Positions 27,148 through 52,930 of a stretch of 64,000 nucleotides of DNA are shown piece by piece. A program made the position numbers and the translations under genes. The notes beneath the pieces were generated by a model. That model saw only the letters and a program-made list of their open reading frames with translations, had not been told where the DNA came from and did not search any database. Position 1 is the stretch's first letter. Every line of letters begins with the position of its first letter. Location of the stretch: positions 250,223-314,222 of the forward strand of contig RHPI01002990.1 in assembly GCA_009103225.1 (NCBI GenBank), in the 5' to 3' direction. This stretch comes from Chlorokybus atmophyticus (taxonomy: Eukaryota; Plantae; Mesostigma and Chlorokybus algae).

Positions 27148-29198
27148 ATGGCGACGGCGACGGCGGCGTGGACGGTTGTGGGAACCTTAGCAGGCTTGCC
27201 GCAGCAGGGCGTTCGTGATGGCGGGGCGAGGCGTTGGAGGCAGCAGGCGACGACAATGACGACGGCGACGGCGTCGGCCGCTGCTGTGTGCTTCCCCGCT
27301 CAAACTATCACTGTTCCGCCTGTGCTTGCCATAGGCGACAGACTGCTGGACTACATTGAAGGTCAGCATCTGACTTTATACTTGATGACGGTTGCTCGGT
27401 TCTTTGTGTCTAGCGTAGACTGTTCGTTCGTTGTCATCATCCAGACCTGCGCTCAGAAGCCGAATAAACCTTCTTACTTGGTATAGCAGCCAACACGTAT
27501 CAAGTTGCATCGAACTTGCTACGTGCTTCACGGCTTGCCTTGTACAGAACTTGTACAACCCCAGCATGCCTGCTTGAGTGTTTGTACCCGGCAACTGCAC
27601 GTACAGAATGGCCTTCCCAACTAGAGACACCATGCCCCAGTCATGCTTGATACAATGGCAGTAGATTGGCATACAGATAAATCATATACCAAGTTACCTT
27701 CATTAGGCAACGCTCTGTCCACCAACATAGAAGCAAGCAACAATAGACATGCTCAGGCCAATGCTGGGTTTGTGTAGTCTGTGTTATGTTGCATGCCCTG
27801 CACATCACAAGAAGCATTCCTGCACCTAGGTGGGCCGAAGCTTCGCAAATGGTATGGCGCATCCGAGGAAGATAATTTGCCAATGGACGGAGAAGAGGAG
27901 GAGCAAGAACCAGGTTGGAGCATGCAATGTTGAGAGATATCTGTCACCAGTGAAAGTTATTGTTGTTGAGGGCTTTACTGTTGTTAGTCAGTACTCAGAC
28001 TCTCATTGCATTGCTGCTTGTAGAGGAAGACCCAAACGCCCCGAGGGATGCAGTGGTGGTCACGGGAGCGGATTCTGCCAGTGGTGAGGTACTTATTGCT
28101 GGTCAACAGCCAGCTGTGGATGTGCATGCACTATGGCATCCACCCAACAGGGTCCCAACCTTTACGTGTCCCCTGCAGTTGGTGGTTCTGCAGCTGGTGT
28201 TGGCTCGTAAGCGCGTGCGAGCGCTGGTCAAGGATGCAAAGTCAACCAGCATAGCATTCGGCCCTTACGTAAAGGTCCGGCGCTGAGCTCGCTTGATGGT
28301 ATGCATTCATAGGTCATGTTACATGTGCACCACAACTCAAATGATGTTATTGCACACCGTGCTTTGTCACTGATGCGCTGCGGTACAGCCTTTTGAAGGT
28401 GATGAGAAGGATGTGAAAGCGATAAGCACAGCGCTCAAGAACGCACGGGCGGTGATCTGTTGTGGCAAGGTGATTGCAGTAGATGCAGTCTGCCTTCCGT
28501 CATGTGTTACGTACCACTTGAAACTGCACACATTCTGCGCAGGTTGGCAAAGTGGCTGAGGTTGCTGCTGCGTCTGGTGTGGAGCATGTCATAATGCTAT
28601 CAGCGGTATGTGTGTTGTCGCACGCCCTAGTTCCACATGTTTCTGGGTAGTAGTTGTAATGAGTCCTGTGTTTGTGCAGAGCCCTGCCGGATTTTCCTCC
28701 TTGTTTGGTGGCGACAGCCGCAAGGCCGATGAGGGTGCCATTGCAGCAGCTACAGTCCCGTACACGATCGTGCGAGTAGGGAAGTTGCTGGATCAGCCGG
28801 GTGGCATGGTGCCTGTCACTCTCTCGCAGGTCTGGCAACATCAACATTCTTATCAGCATTCATTATGCTTCACCATGTGACCATGTGCATGAACAGGGGA
28901 GAAACCAGAACCTGGGGTCTGTGAGTAGAGAAGACGTTGCCAAAGCATGCGTGCGAGCATTGGAAGCGCCTCCCCAACATGGCCTCACGTTCGAAGTAAG
29001 CGTAGAATGGTCGCTGGCAGATTTGTGTGCACTGGCTGACTGACACACATTGCACGCGGTTTATTAGCATTGAGAATTGTGCTGTTCGAGAATGTGTGTC
29101 GTCACCATTGTGCTTCGCAGGTGGTAACCGGCCAAGGCACTGGCGAAACTGATTGGGATAGTGTGTTTGAGAACCTGCAGGAGTCTGTCTCCGCTTGA
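27148..29198 (+). CDS. Plastid-targeted NAD(P)-binding Rossmann-fold protein (NAD_binding_10, atypical SDR); multi-exon
   Basis: Transit-like MATATAAWTVVG...; GGPKLRKWYG; AVVVTGADSASGE; LVLARKRVRALVKD; VPYTIVRVGKLLDQPGG; GSVSREDVAKACVRALEAPPQHGLTFE; TDWDSVFENLQESVSA*. Confidence 0.85.
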
Positions 29199-31126
29199 AG
29201 TCTACAGTGTAGTACACTGGCACATTAGGCGCACATTATAGCGCCTTGGTAGCGTATGTTTTACAAGGTGCCAGCACTCTGTACATTGCCTTTTCCAAAC
29301 ACATTCTGGACCTTTCAACACTATGACAATATGCAACCACATCTGATAGACGGCAGATCAGTCAGAGTTGTGCTCAAACTGGTAGTGAACAGGTTCGGTG
29401 CATATGGTTATTCCTCTGGCGATGGAGACGTTAGGCACTGTGGGGACCTCTGTCAACAATCTTGTCGCCGACTGTGCGCACTGCATGACGAGCACAGGGG
29501 GTCGCTTGCAACCTGTATGTCGAGCTTGATGACCATGTAATTATCGCCAAATTACTCTCCTTGCTGCTTGTGCTCACCAGGGCACAAGCACAAGCAGAGT
29601 GGGAGGGGGAGTCCGTGGACTGCTCGTGCTGCTGATGCTGCTGGCTGCCACACGAAAGTGAAAGACTAACTAGCTGCACATGTATGCAGGTAATAACCGT
29701 TGTGACTTACCATGCATGCATGTCTAACGGGGTAGGTAAATAGGTGTCATACTAAGTGCCTAGCAGTAGGTTAGCATGTAGCCCGGTGGTGTTGTATGTG
29801 AAAGTGTGTTGGTGGTATTGTACTGACTGCATGTGTGTAATGAATGCGGCGTGCCTTGCACGCATAAAACCCGCCTTGCATCCTTTGTACTCTTAGCCCA
29901 TATGAGTGTTGCATCGTTGTTACTTGCTGCTACTGCAATGCTTCACGTTCGAAGTAAGCGTAGAATGGTCGCTGGCAGATTTGTGTGCACTGGCTGACTG
30001 ACACACATTGTCCGGTGGTGTTGTATGTGAAAATGTGTTGGTGGTATTGTACTGACTGCATGTGTGTAATGAATGCGGCGTGCCTTGCACGCATAAAACC
30101 CGCCTTGCATCCTTTGTACCCTTAGCCCATATGAGTGTTGCATCGTTGTTACTTGCTGCTACTGCAATGCCTCACGTTCGAAGTAAGCGTAGAATGGTCG
30201 CTGGCAGATGTGTGTGCACTGGCTGACTGACACACATTGCACGCGGTTTATTAGCATTGAGAATTGTGCTGTTCGAGAATGTGTGTCGTCACCATTGTGC
30301 TTCGCAGGTGGTAACCGGCCAAGGCACTGGCGAAACTGATTGGGATAGTGTGTTTGAGAACCTGCAGGAGTCTGTCTCCGCTTGAAGTCTACAGTGTAGT
30401 ACACTGGCACATTAGGCGCACATTATAGCGCCTTGGTAGCGTATGTTTTACAAGGTGCCAGCACTCTGTACATTGCCTTTTCCAAACACATTTGTGGACC
30501 TTTCAACACTGTGACAATATGCAACCACATCTGATAGACGGCAGATCAGTCAGGGTTGTGCTTAAACTGGTAGTGAACAGGTTCGGTGCATATGGTTATT
30601 CCTCTGGCGATGGAGACGTTAGGCACTGTGGGGACCTCTGTCAACAATCTTGTCGCCGACTGTGCGCACTGCATGACGAGCACAGGGGGTCGCTTGCAAC
30701 CTGTATGTCGAGCTTGATGACCATGTAATTATCGCCAAATTACTCTCCTTGCTGCTTGTGCTCACCAGGGCACAAGCACAAGCAGAGTGGGAGGGGGAGT
30801 CCGTGGACTGCTCGTGCTGCTGATGCTGCTGGCTGCCACACGAAAGTGAAAGACTAACTAGCTGCACATGTATGCAGGTAATAACCGTTGTGACTTACCA
30901 TGCATGCATGTCTAACGGGGTAGGTAAATAGGTGTCATACTAAGTGCCTAGCAGTAGGTTAGCATGTAGCCCGGTGGTGTTGTATGTGAAAATGTGTTGG
31001 TGGTATTGTACTGACTGCATGTGTGTAATGAATGCGGCGTGCCTTGCACGCATAAAACCCGCCTTGCATCCTTTGTACCCTTAGCCCATATGAGTGTTGC
31101 ATCGTTGTTACTTGCTGCTACTGCAA
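28983..31126. repeat. Tandem duplication of a ~957-bp unit (28983-29938 and 30170-31126) with an internally deleted middle copy (29941-30167)
   Basis: Near-identical sequence, duplicated ORF calls in the track and a few diagnostic SNPs or indels. Confidence 0.95.
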
Positions 31127-31204
31127 AGCTTTACCATAGTCCATGCCTGTGCATGCAGCAAGTTCCTTTCCAGGCTCTAACCGTGGCAATGTTATAAGCG
31201 ACTA

Positions 31205-31414
31205 CAGTTTAGCCGCTTTAAGTGCATATTCGGTAAGCGCATACAGTAGCAAACATTACCGTTGAAGTGCGATCAGTGCATAAAGTTCATCAACACAGAA
31301 GGCCAAACCACGAGCATCAGCCACTTGTTAGTCGCACATCCGCTAAGCTAAGTGCATATTCTTAATGGGGTTTACTAGGAGCACCAACGTCATGCACTTA
31401 TCGAGATTTGCCTG
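31205..31414. mobile_element. Degenerate Tc1/mariner-type MITE (TAAGTGCATA family)
   Basis: TA|CAGTTTAGCCGCTTTAAGTGCATA ... CATGCACTTATCGAGATTTGCCTG|TA; shares the 14-mer ATGCACTTATCGAG and internal TAAGTGCATA motifs with the element at 36925. Confidence 0.55.
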
Positions 31415-31836
31415 TATGAGTAAGTCTGCAGTTGCGGCTGGCCATCACTGCGACCTGTCCCAGCAACTACCCTGTCACATTACAGTTGTCCTGGTGCGTA
31501 TGGACCTGAACTCTGATAACTGATTGCAAAAATGCTGTGCGTTATGGGCAAGCCCCGACTTGTAGAACTCGTCATACATCTCTTTGTTCAATCGGCATAA
31601 ACACCACTGCAGAATCTGGTGCGCATGTTTCAACAAAACAAGCAAAACAAACTGTGTCTACATCTCACGGCGACCTACAAAAGCAGTGAGCTAAGCGAGT
31701 GCCTGTGCACATTTACTTACATACATGCTTCAACAACCATGAACAACACACCAGCAGCATCAGCTGTCCAGCTGTTCACAGTCTATGAAGTTTCCAATAC
31801 AAACTAGTCAAAATGACAACTCTGATTCATGTATCT

Positions 31837-33306
31837 CTAGTATGATAGCTGGGGCTGCTGGCCGTCGATGGCAACGTCAATGGAGCCGCCGTCAACGGGC
31901 TTCATGAAGAACAGGGCAAGAAGCTCCTTGGCGAAGCCGGCGATGACAGGGGCGCGACGCAGCTGCTTGAAGCCGCTGTCGTCATCGCCAATGGCAATGA
32001 GCTGCCTGTTGAGCTTCACAAGCTCATCGAGATGCATCTTGAATGCGGGGTTCTCCACATCGATGACGGCGGGGAAGATGCGCGAGGTGGTCCTGTTGGT
32101 CTCAATGAGCACGTGCATGTTGAACTGCGTGGTGTCAAGGCCGAGGGACTCGTAGAAGGCGGAGCGCTGGTGATCGTTGAGGTACATCGTCACGTACACC
32201 GAGAGGCAGAAGAAGCGGGCCCACAACTTGGCCTTCCAGTCGTTGAGAAACTGAGGCTGGCTCTTGAGCAGAGCGGTGAAAAAGTCTCCGTGGCGGTTCT
32301 CATCCTGGCACCAGTTCTCAAACTTGGCGAAAATAGGGTACAGCTGGTTCTCGGGGTGCTCCTTCAGATGCCTGAAGATGCTGATGTAGCGCCAGTAGCC
32401 AATCTTCTCCGACAGGTAGGTGGCATAGAAGATGAACTGCGGCTTGAAGAATGTGTACTGCCTGTTCTTGGTGAGGAAGCCCAGGTCCAGGGCGAGGTTG
32501 AAGTCCGAGAGAGACTTGTTGAGGAAACCCGCGTGCCTTGCCTCATCCCTGGACATGAGTGTGAAGATTTCCGCCACAGTGGGGTTTGTGGTCTTCAACC
32601 TCCTGCCCAGCTCCTTGTATAGCAAGAAACCGCTGAACTCAGCTGTGCAAGATCGCTCCAGAAACTCCACAAAGATCTTGCGGGTTGGGCCCTGGATCTC
32701 ATCAGCAGCAACCTTGAATGACGAGTCCCGGACGAAGTGAGTCTGGTTGTAGTCATTCTGGAACTCCTGTAAAACATTACAAGGGCAAACAGATTCAGTG
32801 ATGACCAATGCATAGTTGACACGCACAGGCACTGGCAGTTTGTCACTGCAAGCACGCCTACACAATGCATGCATGCACGCGCGGTTTACATCTGCACACT
32901 TGTGCTGTGCTGCTTGCAACTGAGCAATGGCTGATACCTAGAAGCGACGCATGTGTGCAAGCGACTAACGAACCTTGAGAATGGCGTCAAACTCGCTGAG
33001 ATCCAGGTTGGGGTTCATCTCCTGTGAGAACATGCGCTCCATCTCGTCGAAGTCGGTGGTGTAGAAACGGGGGGTGAGAACGGTCTCCGAGGAGGCGACC
33101 TTAACACCCTTGCGCATGATTTCAAAGCCCTCCTGCGTCTTGCCAACGGCCTCACCGGTCTTGGCTGCCATGCACACCGCCCTCCTGGCTGTGGGGACCG
33201 CCGCCGCCCTCTGCTGCGGGCCCGCCGCCCGCAGAGCCTGTGTCGGTCTCACGGTGCTGCCCCGCACAGCCACCGCCGACCCCACCTGCGCCACCGCCGC
33301 CGCCAT
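31837..33306 (-). CDS. CRD1: Mg-protoporphyrin IX monomethyl ester oxidative cyclase (AcsF/CHL27/CRD1); two exons 33306-32974 and 32766-31837
   Basis: Transit peptide; [16 protein letters not shown]; [13 protein letters not shown]; [19 protein letters not shown]; [13 protein letters not shown]; [12 protein letters not shown]; [12 protein letters not shown] di-iron motifs. Confidence 0.99.
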
Positions 33307-36300
33307 TACGCCTACCCTCTACGCGCAACTCCCGCTCCTCGTTGACCTCGTCCTCGTCCGCCGCCTTGTCCTTCGCCGCCGCTGCCACGCGCAATGCACT
33401 CAACTTCAACCCTAAACTCGCCCAGCACACAGCGAGAGAGTATGTGGGCCGCGATCAGGCCCGAGCCAATCGCGTGCGAGCTTGAGATTAGGGATTGGGG
33501 TTTACGGGCTTTTGGATCTTCCGTGAAAGAAAGAAACGCCGTGCGAGATGTTGACCTTTCAGCTTTGGCCCAAATGTCACATGATCTGGACTCCGATGTC
33601 TTGCCAAGTCCGAACCGCGTGTCAACATGAATCACCGTGCAGGGTTCCCACTGGACAATCGCACAGGAATGCCGAGTCCCGGAAACATCCTGGCGCGGTT
33701 GTACATGCCGAGTCCCGGCCCAACATTGAAGAGTTTGGGGCCAAACAACGCTGCTCCGAGGGAATTGATACAGGACCGAGGCTTGACGGCCACATAACGA
33801 TCACCTGCGCAGCACAGCCTGGTGACGCAAAATGCATGCGGCACCCATACTGACACACGCGTGTGATTATAAGACAACAATGCATGTAAATGCATGTGAA
33901 TGTAAGTCAACATGCACGTAAATCAAAACATCAACGTACAATGTACTATGGCCTATAGCCTATGGGAACAAACATGCATCGGCAGCCTGAGGTCCCAGCT
34001 CAACTCCGACAACTTGCGATCATTGTTTTTTTGTATTCGTTATTGTCCATATGATAATCTATCATGTTTGCATAGACAATACTAGTGTTGAAGTTACTAG
34101 GCTATGCCAGCAGATAAATTCGCTGCAGAAGGTGGAGCCACATGCCATATATATATTCGCTGACCACATATGTGATAGCAACGAGCTGTGAGGCAGATAT
34201 GAATTGCATTTAGGCCAGGGCCATGCTAGAGGACACAAATTATGCTCTATAATACATGACACTTATGACTGGCTGAAAAAAGAGGTGAGAGATCTTTCAA
34301 CCAAGCTAGAATTTCCCCATCCAGCAGTAGCAAGAGTAGACAATATGCATGCGGGTAACACGAATTAATTACAAATTGCAGAGCATATTGAGGGTGGGGA
34401 GAAAATAGACCCGGGCCTCAACAGCAACGGCATGCACGAAACCGACGTGAACACACGGACGGAATCTTAAATTCAGCTCCCTTGGGCTAACACCAATGAA
34501 TGGCAATAATCCCATCATGTCGTTCGAATGTGTGCAAATGCACACCGATAAAGTATGGTGGTTGTATTACATGTTAAGCGTGACGTCACATAAGTGTTGC
34601 AACGCCGATTTATAACATCCAATGCCAGATTAAAAATTGCATAGTTGCGCTTTTCAAATATATGAACACGATTATAGCAACAGAAAATTTGCATCACAAA
34701 GATATTTGTTCATAAAGCAACATGAATGTGCACCCCACTTTTAACCATTAACGTTTCTCGAGAATTTAATGGTTAAAGAGTCTATCGATCATAAGGGTGC
34801 TGCAATTCTTGGTGGTATTTCTGATGATTTTAATTATGATTTAAAACTTCAATCATAACGTTAAGGGGGTTATGTCGTGTCATATCCCGTCGTTCCTCAA
34901 CGATGTCGTCCACCAGTTTGTCATGGCCTTATAATGCTGCACCTCTCTATCTTCACATGTTGTAGCTTCATGCATGCATAAGTAAATATGCATGTATGCT
35001 AGCTTGGAATTCAAAGCTGCCCTACCAGTGTGCATGCTCATACATAAATTACGACACTCACAATCAGCGCGTCTCTTAATCAACCTTGACTCAAGCACGT
35101 GCTAGCGTTATTACAATTGCAATTAACACATGCATGTGATGCATGGGATGAGAGGCTAACTCCGTTTCAAAAGATGTGACATACACTTAAGTGTGTTTAT
35201 ACTTATATGTATATAACCATACACTTTACACAAACATATCCAAGCATGTGCACAGTCAAGGCAAGCATACAAACAAGACAACAATCAACCCAAGAGGTAA
35301 AGGTTGTTCAAGTAGTTGTATGCTCCCATAAAATGTAAGACAAGGGACTTGCGCTCAATCAGCTGCAACATAAGTTAAACACATATATGTATGCCATGAC
35401 TACTATGCATGTGCAATAATTCAAACCACTTTGGTTGTCATCAAGCATAACATCACACAACTACAAAATCCGCCAAATTCATTAATGTTTAATTACATGT
35501 GAGTTGTATCAGCGTAATTAAATTGCACCTTAATGAGCTCACCATAACTCAGCCGCAACTTATAATATGCCCGCAAACGCCTTCATTGATCGAATTGTCC
35601 ATCGAAATATGCGCGCATATTATTTGCGCGCATATTATTTGCGCGCATGATATTTTTATGATTATAGCAGAATTTTGGATTGGATGGATGTGATAATCAT
35701 ATTGTCGGAATAAGAAGTGCATTAATGCTGCTATGGACATTCTTTCGCTCTATGCCATATCATATGTGTTTACAGTTACTTTAACTGCTTTGCAATAGAT
35801 TCATCAGCAACATTATTATTTCGTCAGAGGCGTTTAAGCCTTCATGTAAGCAAGAGAACGGAAGCGGCTTCTCTTACAAATAGAATCCGTACTTATACTT
35901 CAGCGGGGGTATTTGATGCAAAAGAGGGGGGGGGGGAGAGGGGCGCAAATGCCACAGCCGATATACTCATGTGTAATTTACCTCAGTAAATCCACATCAT
36001 GTGCCGTTATGTTCAAAACACAATAGGCCCACACACACAGCTCATGTACTAACAACACATACCGGTGGTTTATGTTACCGGTTCATGACATGTTGCATAG
36101 GTGCCCCACGCACCAATCCAACGCAATGACTACCGTATTTACCCAACAGAGTCCTCTGGTTTGTATGCAGCCCCCTTCGACTTTGCCGGGGGGGGGACTG
36201 TATACGGAGGGGGATTCTGTTAGGGCGGGGGGGACTATATTCTGGATGTGAGCGCCGTAGCACAGTCGCCGCCCAAAGACGTCATCGGTCGCAGATGACG

Positions 36301-36749
36301 TATCTACGTACTAGATTGACCCGCTCCGGTTACTTTCTGTCAACTGTAACCCAACGGCGGCAGGTTGCTGGCAACGACTGGCTGTAGTACCGCCCACATG
36401 CACTTATACAGTAAATTTATACATGGTATGATGATGTTTTATCAACGTGATATCCTTTGTAGCATGCACATAATATTTACTACAGATTGTGATTTACAAT
36501 TTAACATGTCTTGATTGTAAATGTAAACTATGTCATAGTAACTCACAAAGCGAACGCATTGACCACGTATGTATAAAAGTATGATATAAGGCAAAAGTCA
36601 TGTTGTGTATTCAATAACAATAATACTTTATGACATGTGTTTATGCTATCGTAAAAGTATGTATCATTGACACATGCATACATAATGGAATCTGATGTTG
36701 ATATATGTACATATAAACGGGAAATCATCTATATCATTAATTATAAGTA

Positions 36750-36835
36750 CAGTCCCTCTTAGGGGGGACACAAAAATGGAGGGGGGACTGTAACGTCCAA
36801 ACATAGTCCCCCCCTTTATTTTGCTGAGGGGGACT
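36750..36835. mobile_element. 86-bp MITE-like element, TA-flanked, CAGTCCC...GGGACTG ends
   Basis: TA|CAGTCCCTCTTAGGGGGG ... GAGGGGGACTG|TA; internal GGGGGGACTGTA and ATAGTCCCCCC copies; related motifs at about 36190-36240. Confidence 0.55.
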
Positions 36836-36924
36836 GTACATGGGGGAATGTATTGGGGTAATTACGGTACCTTACAAGTCGCGGGCAGATTTGGCAGGAA
36901 TATAGCTTCCTCCGAATACAGGTA

Positions 36925-37340
36925 CAGTCTAACCTCCATAAGTGCATACCATCGGGAACGGGAAATATGTATGCCCTTATCGCGTTTATACATCGTCCTT
37001 AAGTGCATAAAGTATGCACCCGCTTTAAGTGCGTATATTATGCATTGCAGGCTTCGCATAAATGCGTAATCTATGCACTTACTGAGTAAACTCAACCCGT
37101 GTGCGTGTACAACCGTATCTACAGTACACTGTAAACGTAATTAATTTTTAATCCAGCGTAATATACCTTGATAAGTGCATAGACACACCAAAAGTTAGGC
37201 ATCACATAGTATGCACTTATCAATAAATGCATATGCTCTTAACGCACAGGTCTTCCCCCTGAAGACGTCGGTAATGGCCGAATATATGCACTAAACGCGG
37301 ATATGCACTCAACGAATATGCACTTATCGAGGTAAGGCTT
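36925..37340. mobile_element. 416-bp Tc1/mariner-type MITE with 24-bp imperfect TIRs
   Basis: TA|CAGTCTAACCTCCATAAGTGCATA ... TATGCACTTATCGAGGTAAGGCTT|TA (20/24 inverted match); many internal TAAGTGCATA/TATGCACT copies in both orientations. Confidence 0.7.
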
Positions 37341-37831
37341 TAGCAGTAACACCTTCACAGAGCTTGCATAGCGAACGCCTCAGTCACGTGAAGCGCAACG
37401 ACAACGACCCAGAGCAAAGCGGGACAGCTGCCGTGCATTCCAACAGATGAGAAACGCTGTGTTGGTTGTTCTGCTTCACCATCATGTTACAATGTAACAG
37501 CAAAGCAGCCATCGCTCAGCAGTAGTTGGTGTGATGTTGGGCATGGTCGTGTTGCTTGCCGCATTGGCTTTGATCGGGTGAAAGTCCTACTCACACATAC
37601 CGACATTCACCTACACACTCTCAACTTCTCCCCTTGCACATAGCGTTGTTGATCGAGTCTTACTCTTTGGGTAAGGCATGGTGCAACTCTATTGGTTTAT
37701 AGCTTGCTGAAGGCGGCGGCGGCGGCGGCGGCGGCGGATCACCCTGCCGATCTAGGTCCGGGGATGTAGCTGGGGGAGGACGATCAGGATCAGGACCTAG
37801 ATCAGGACCTGGATCGGAGGTTGCCGCCAGC

Positions 37832-49306
<11,475 letters not shown>

Positions 49307-50672
49307 CCTAGGGTTTTGTATTGGTGTGTACATTGTGTGTGTAGTTGTGTACTACTAGTCAGATGTTGATGTGGTCCAAGTTGGTGACCCGAGCACGGCC
49401 AAAGCTATGCTCACACCACAGGTTGGTTGTAATAACCGGGCGCACACGAAGTGCGCGGTTGCTACCTAGTAAAGTATGTATTGGATATTGCAAGCCCAGC
49501 AGTTATGCTTGTTTGTGGCAGTGACTGTTTGGGTCACACGTTGTACAACTGGTACAACTCCAAGTTACAGCTTTCAGCAGTGCAGTGCAAATGCCCACCA
49601 CCCAATCAAGAACAACAACACACCACTAGTTACAGGCGCACATGCGTGTGGCACAGCACCAGTCTCGCCCTTGCTAGCCCACGACACTCAGTCATGCACT
49701 GACAGCCTCACTCCCTCGTTCACTCACTCACCCACAAAGCTCACTCAATCAGTCTATCACCCAAAGACAATCACTCACGCACAATCATGCTCACACTCAC
49801 TGCTGGCCAGCACTGCATAGCAGCTCACACCGCACCATTCACCAGTACTCCAACGCCACACGCTGCGTCCACTTTCATGGCTAGCGACAGGGCCAGTGCC
49901 ACGGGTATCTTGCACATGTGTGTGGTGTGCAATGCATGCCTCACATTGTGATACATGCCACAATCTCTGCATCTTATATATTGTATAACCCCGCCACAAC
50001 CACCCAGTGACAAACCCTACATGACAGTGGTAGCCTTGTGCACTATGCCAGTGAGCAGGTGTGAGGTGTTGGGTTGGTGTACATTGATTGGGTATCGCAT
50101 GCGGTGATGTGGCCATGTGACAGTTCACTCAGAAAACTTGACTTGCACTGCTATGTGATGCCAAGCAGTGCTGTTGTGGAGTAGATTGCCTTGGCGCAAA
50201 GTAAGTTGTTAGGGGAGAGAAAATCGTACAAACTGTGGTTGCATGCACAGGCGCTCACAACCGCATCCATCATACCAACTTGTGTACAAAAGAACAGTGA
50301 CGGGACTGACTGCATATCTCGTGTGCAGACACTCGGTGAACACATGTGATTGTGCAGTAGTACAAGCTGTGACTAATCCTCCTGAGAAATATGTACAAAC
50401 AGTCACACCGGGGAACGGAGGACGCAATTCAGCAACTCAGAACCGCGCTGTATCTGCCCACCAACGGTTGTGATTTTTTAACCACTGGGCCACAGCAGAA
50501 GCCAACCACAGAATTAACCCAAGCGACGGCGGATGTGCAGAAACACTAGACATAGCAATGTCAGATCGCATCAGATCGTCCAAGAGCACCCAGTTGAGCG
50601 CACACAATGGAGCAGAACAAATTGCACAGCGAATGACCATCGTACCATAAACCTAATGGCCTTGAGAAGAAC

Positions 50673-52072
<1,400 letters not shown>

Positions 52073-52147
52073 TTGTGCCGCCCGGCGCTGCCGCCGCCGC
52101 CGCCGCTTTAGTACAGGAAGGAAAGGGTTAAGCGTGTGAGAAACGCC

Positions 52148-52930
52148 ATGTCTACCTCGGAGCTCGCCTGCACATATGCCGCTCTCATCCTCCATGATGA
52201 CGGCCTCCCCGTGACGGTGAGTGCTTGCGTGTCCAGCGTGTGTGTGTGTGCGTCATTGCTTTTCAAGCAGATAAATGAGTGGCCTGCTAACCTGCTTGCA
52301 TAGTGTGTTCGGCGCAAACGCGTGCATTGCGTTTCAGCGTCGGTGTGATCTAGCTGTAGCTTGGACGTGTTGTGCTACGGGCCAGTGTGACAATCATGCT
52401 CACTCACTATAGTAGTACAACAACATGTTCAACTGTGTTTGAATAATATGCTGTGTGTTTGGCACGCGTTAAGGCACTTGATTTTAACAGATTGGATTCA
52501 ATTGTGCATTTTATGCTGATCAGGCCGACAAGATCACCACGCTGGTCAAGGCTGCGGGCGTTGAGGTTGAGCCATACTGGCCAGGCCTGTTCGCTAAGCT
52601 TCTGGAGAAGAAGTCTATTGAGGACCTCATCTGCAACGTTGGTGCTGGGGGTAAGTCTTCAGCAGGCAATGTCCGAGCTTACAAACCTGCAGATAGCCAC
52701 CCTTGGCTAGGCATTATCATACGCATGCATACCAGGCTACTCTTGATGTGTGTCATCTCGCTCACCCATCGCTTGCTGTTGTTGTGCAAACAGGCGGTGG
52801 TGCTGTTGCTGTTGGCGGCGGCGGTGGTGGTGGCGCTGCCGGCGGTGCTGCCGAGGCCAAGGAGGAGGAGAAGGAAGAGGAAGCCAAGGAGGAGTCAGAC
52901 GACGACATGGGTTTCTCACTCTTCGATTAG
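52148..52930 (+). CDS. RPLP1: 60S acidic ribosomal protein P1; three exons
   Basis: [50 protein letters not shown]...[17 protein letters not shown]. Confidence 0.99.

Noticed and set aside
35590-35650. Three copies of TGCGCGCATATTATT
   Set aside because: Simple 15-bp slippage minisatellite with no further structure
34000-37400. Endogenous giant-virus segment
   Set aside because: No long intronless ORFs or NCLDV hallmark genes; MITE-like remnants explain the region better
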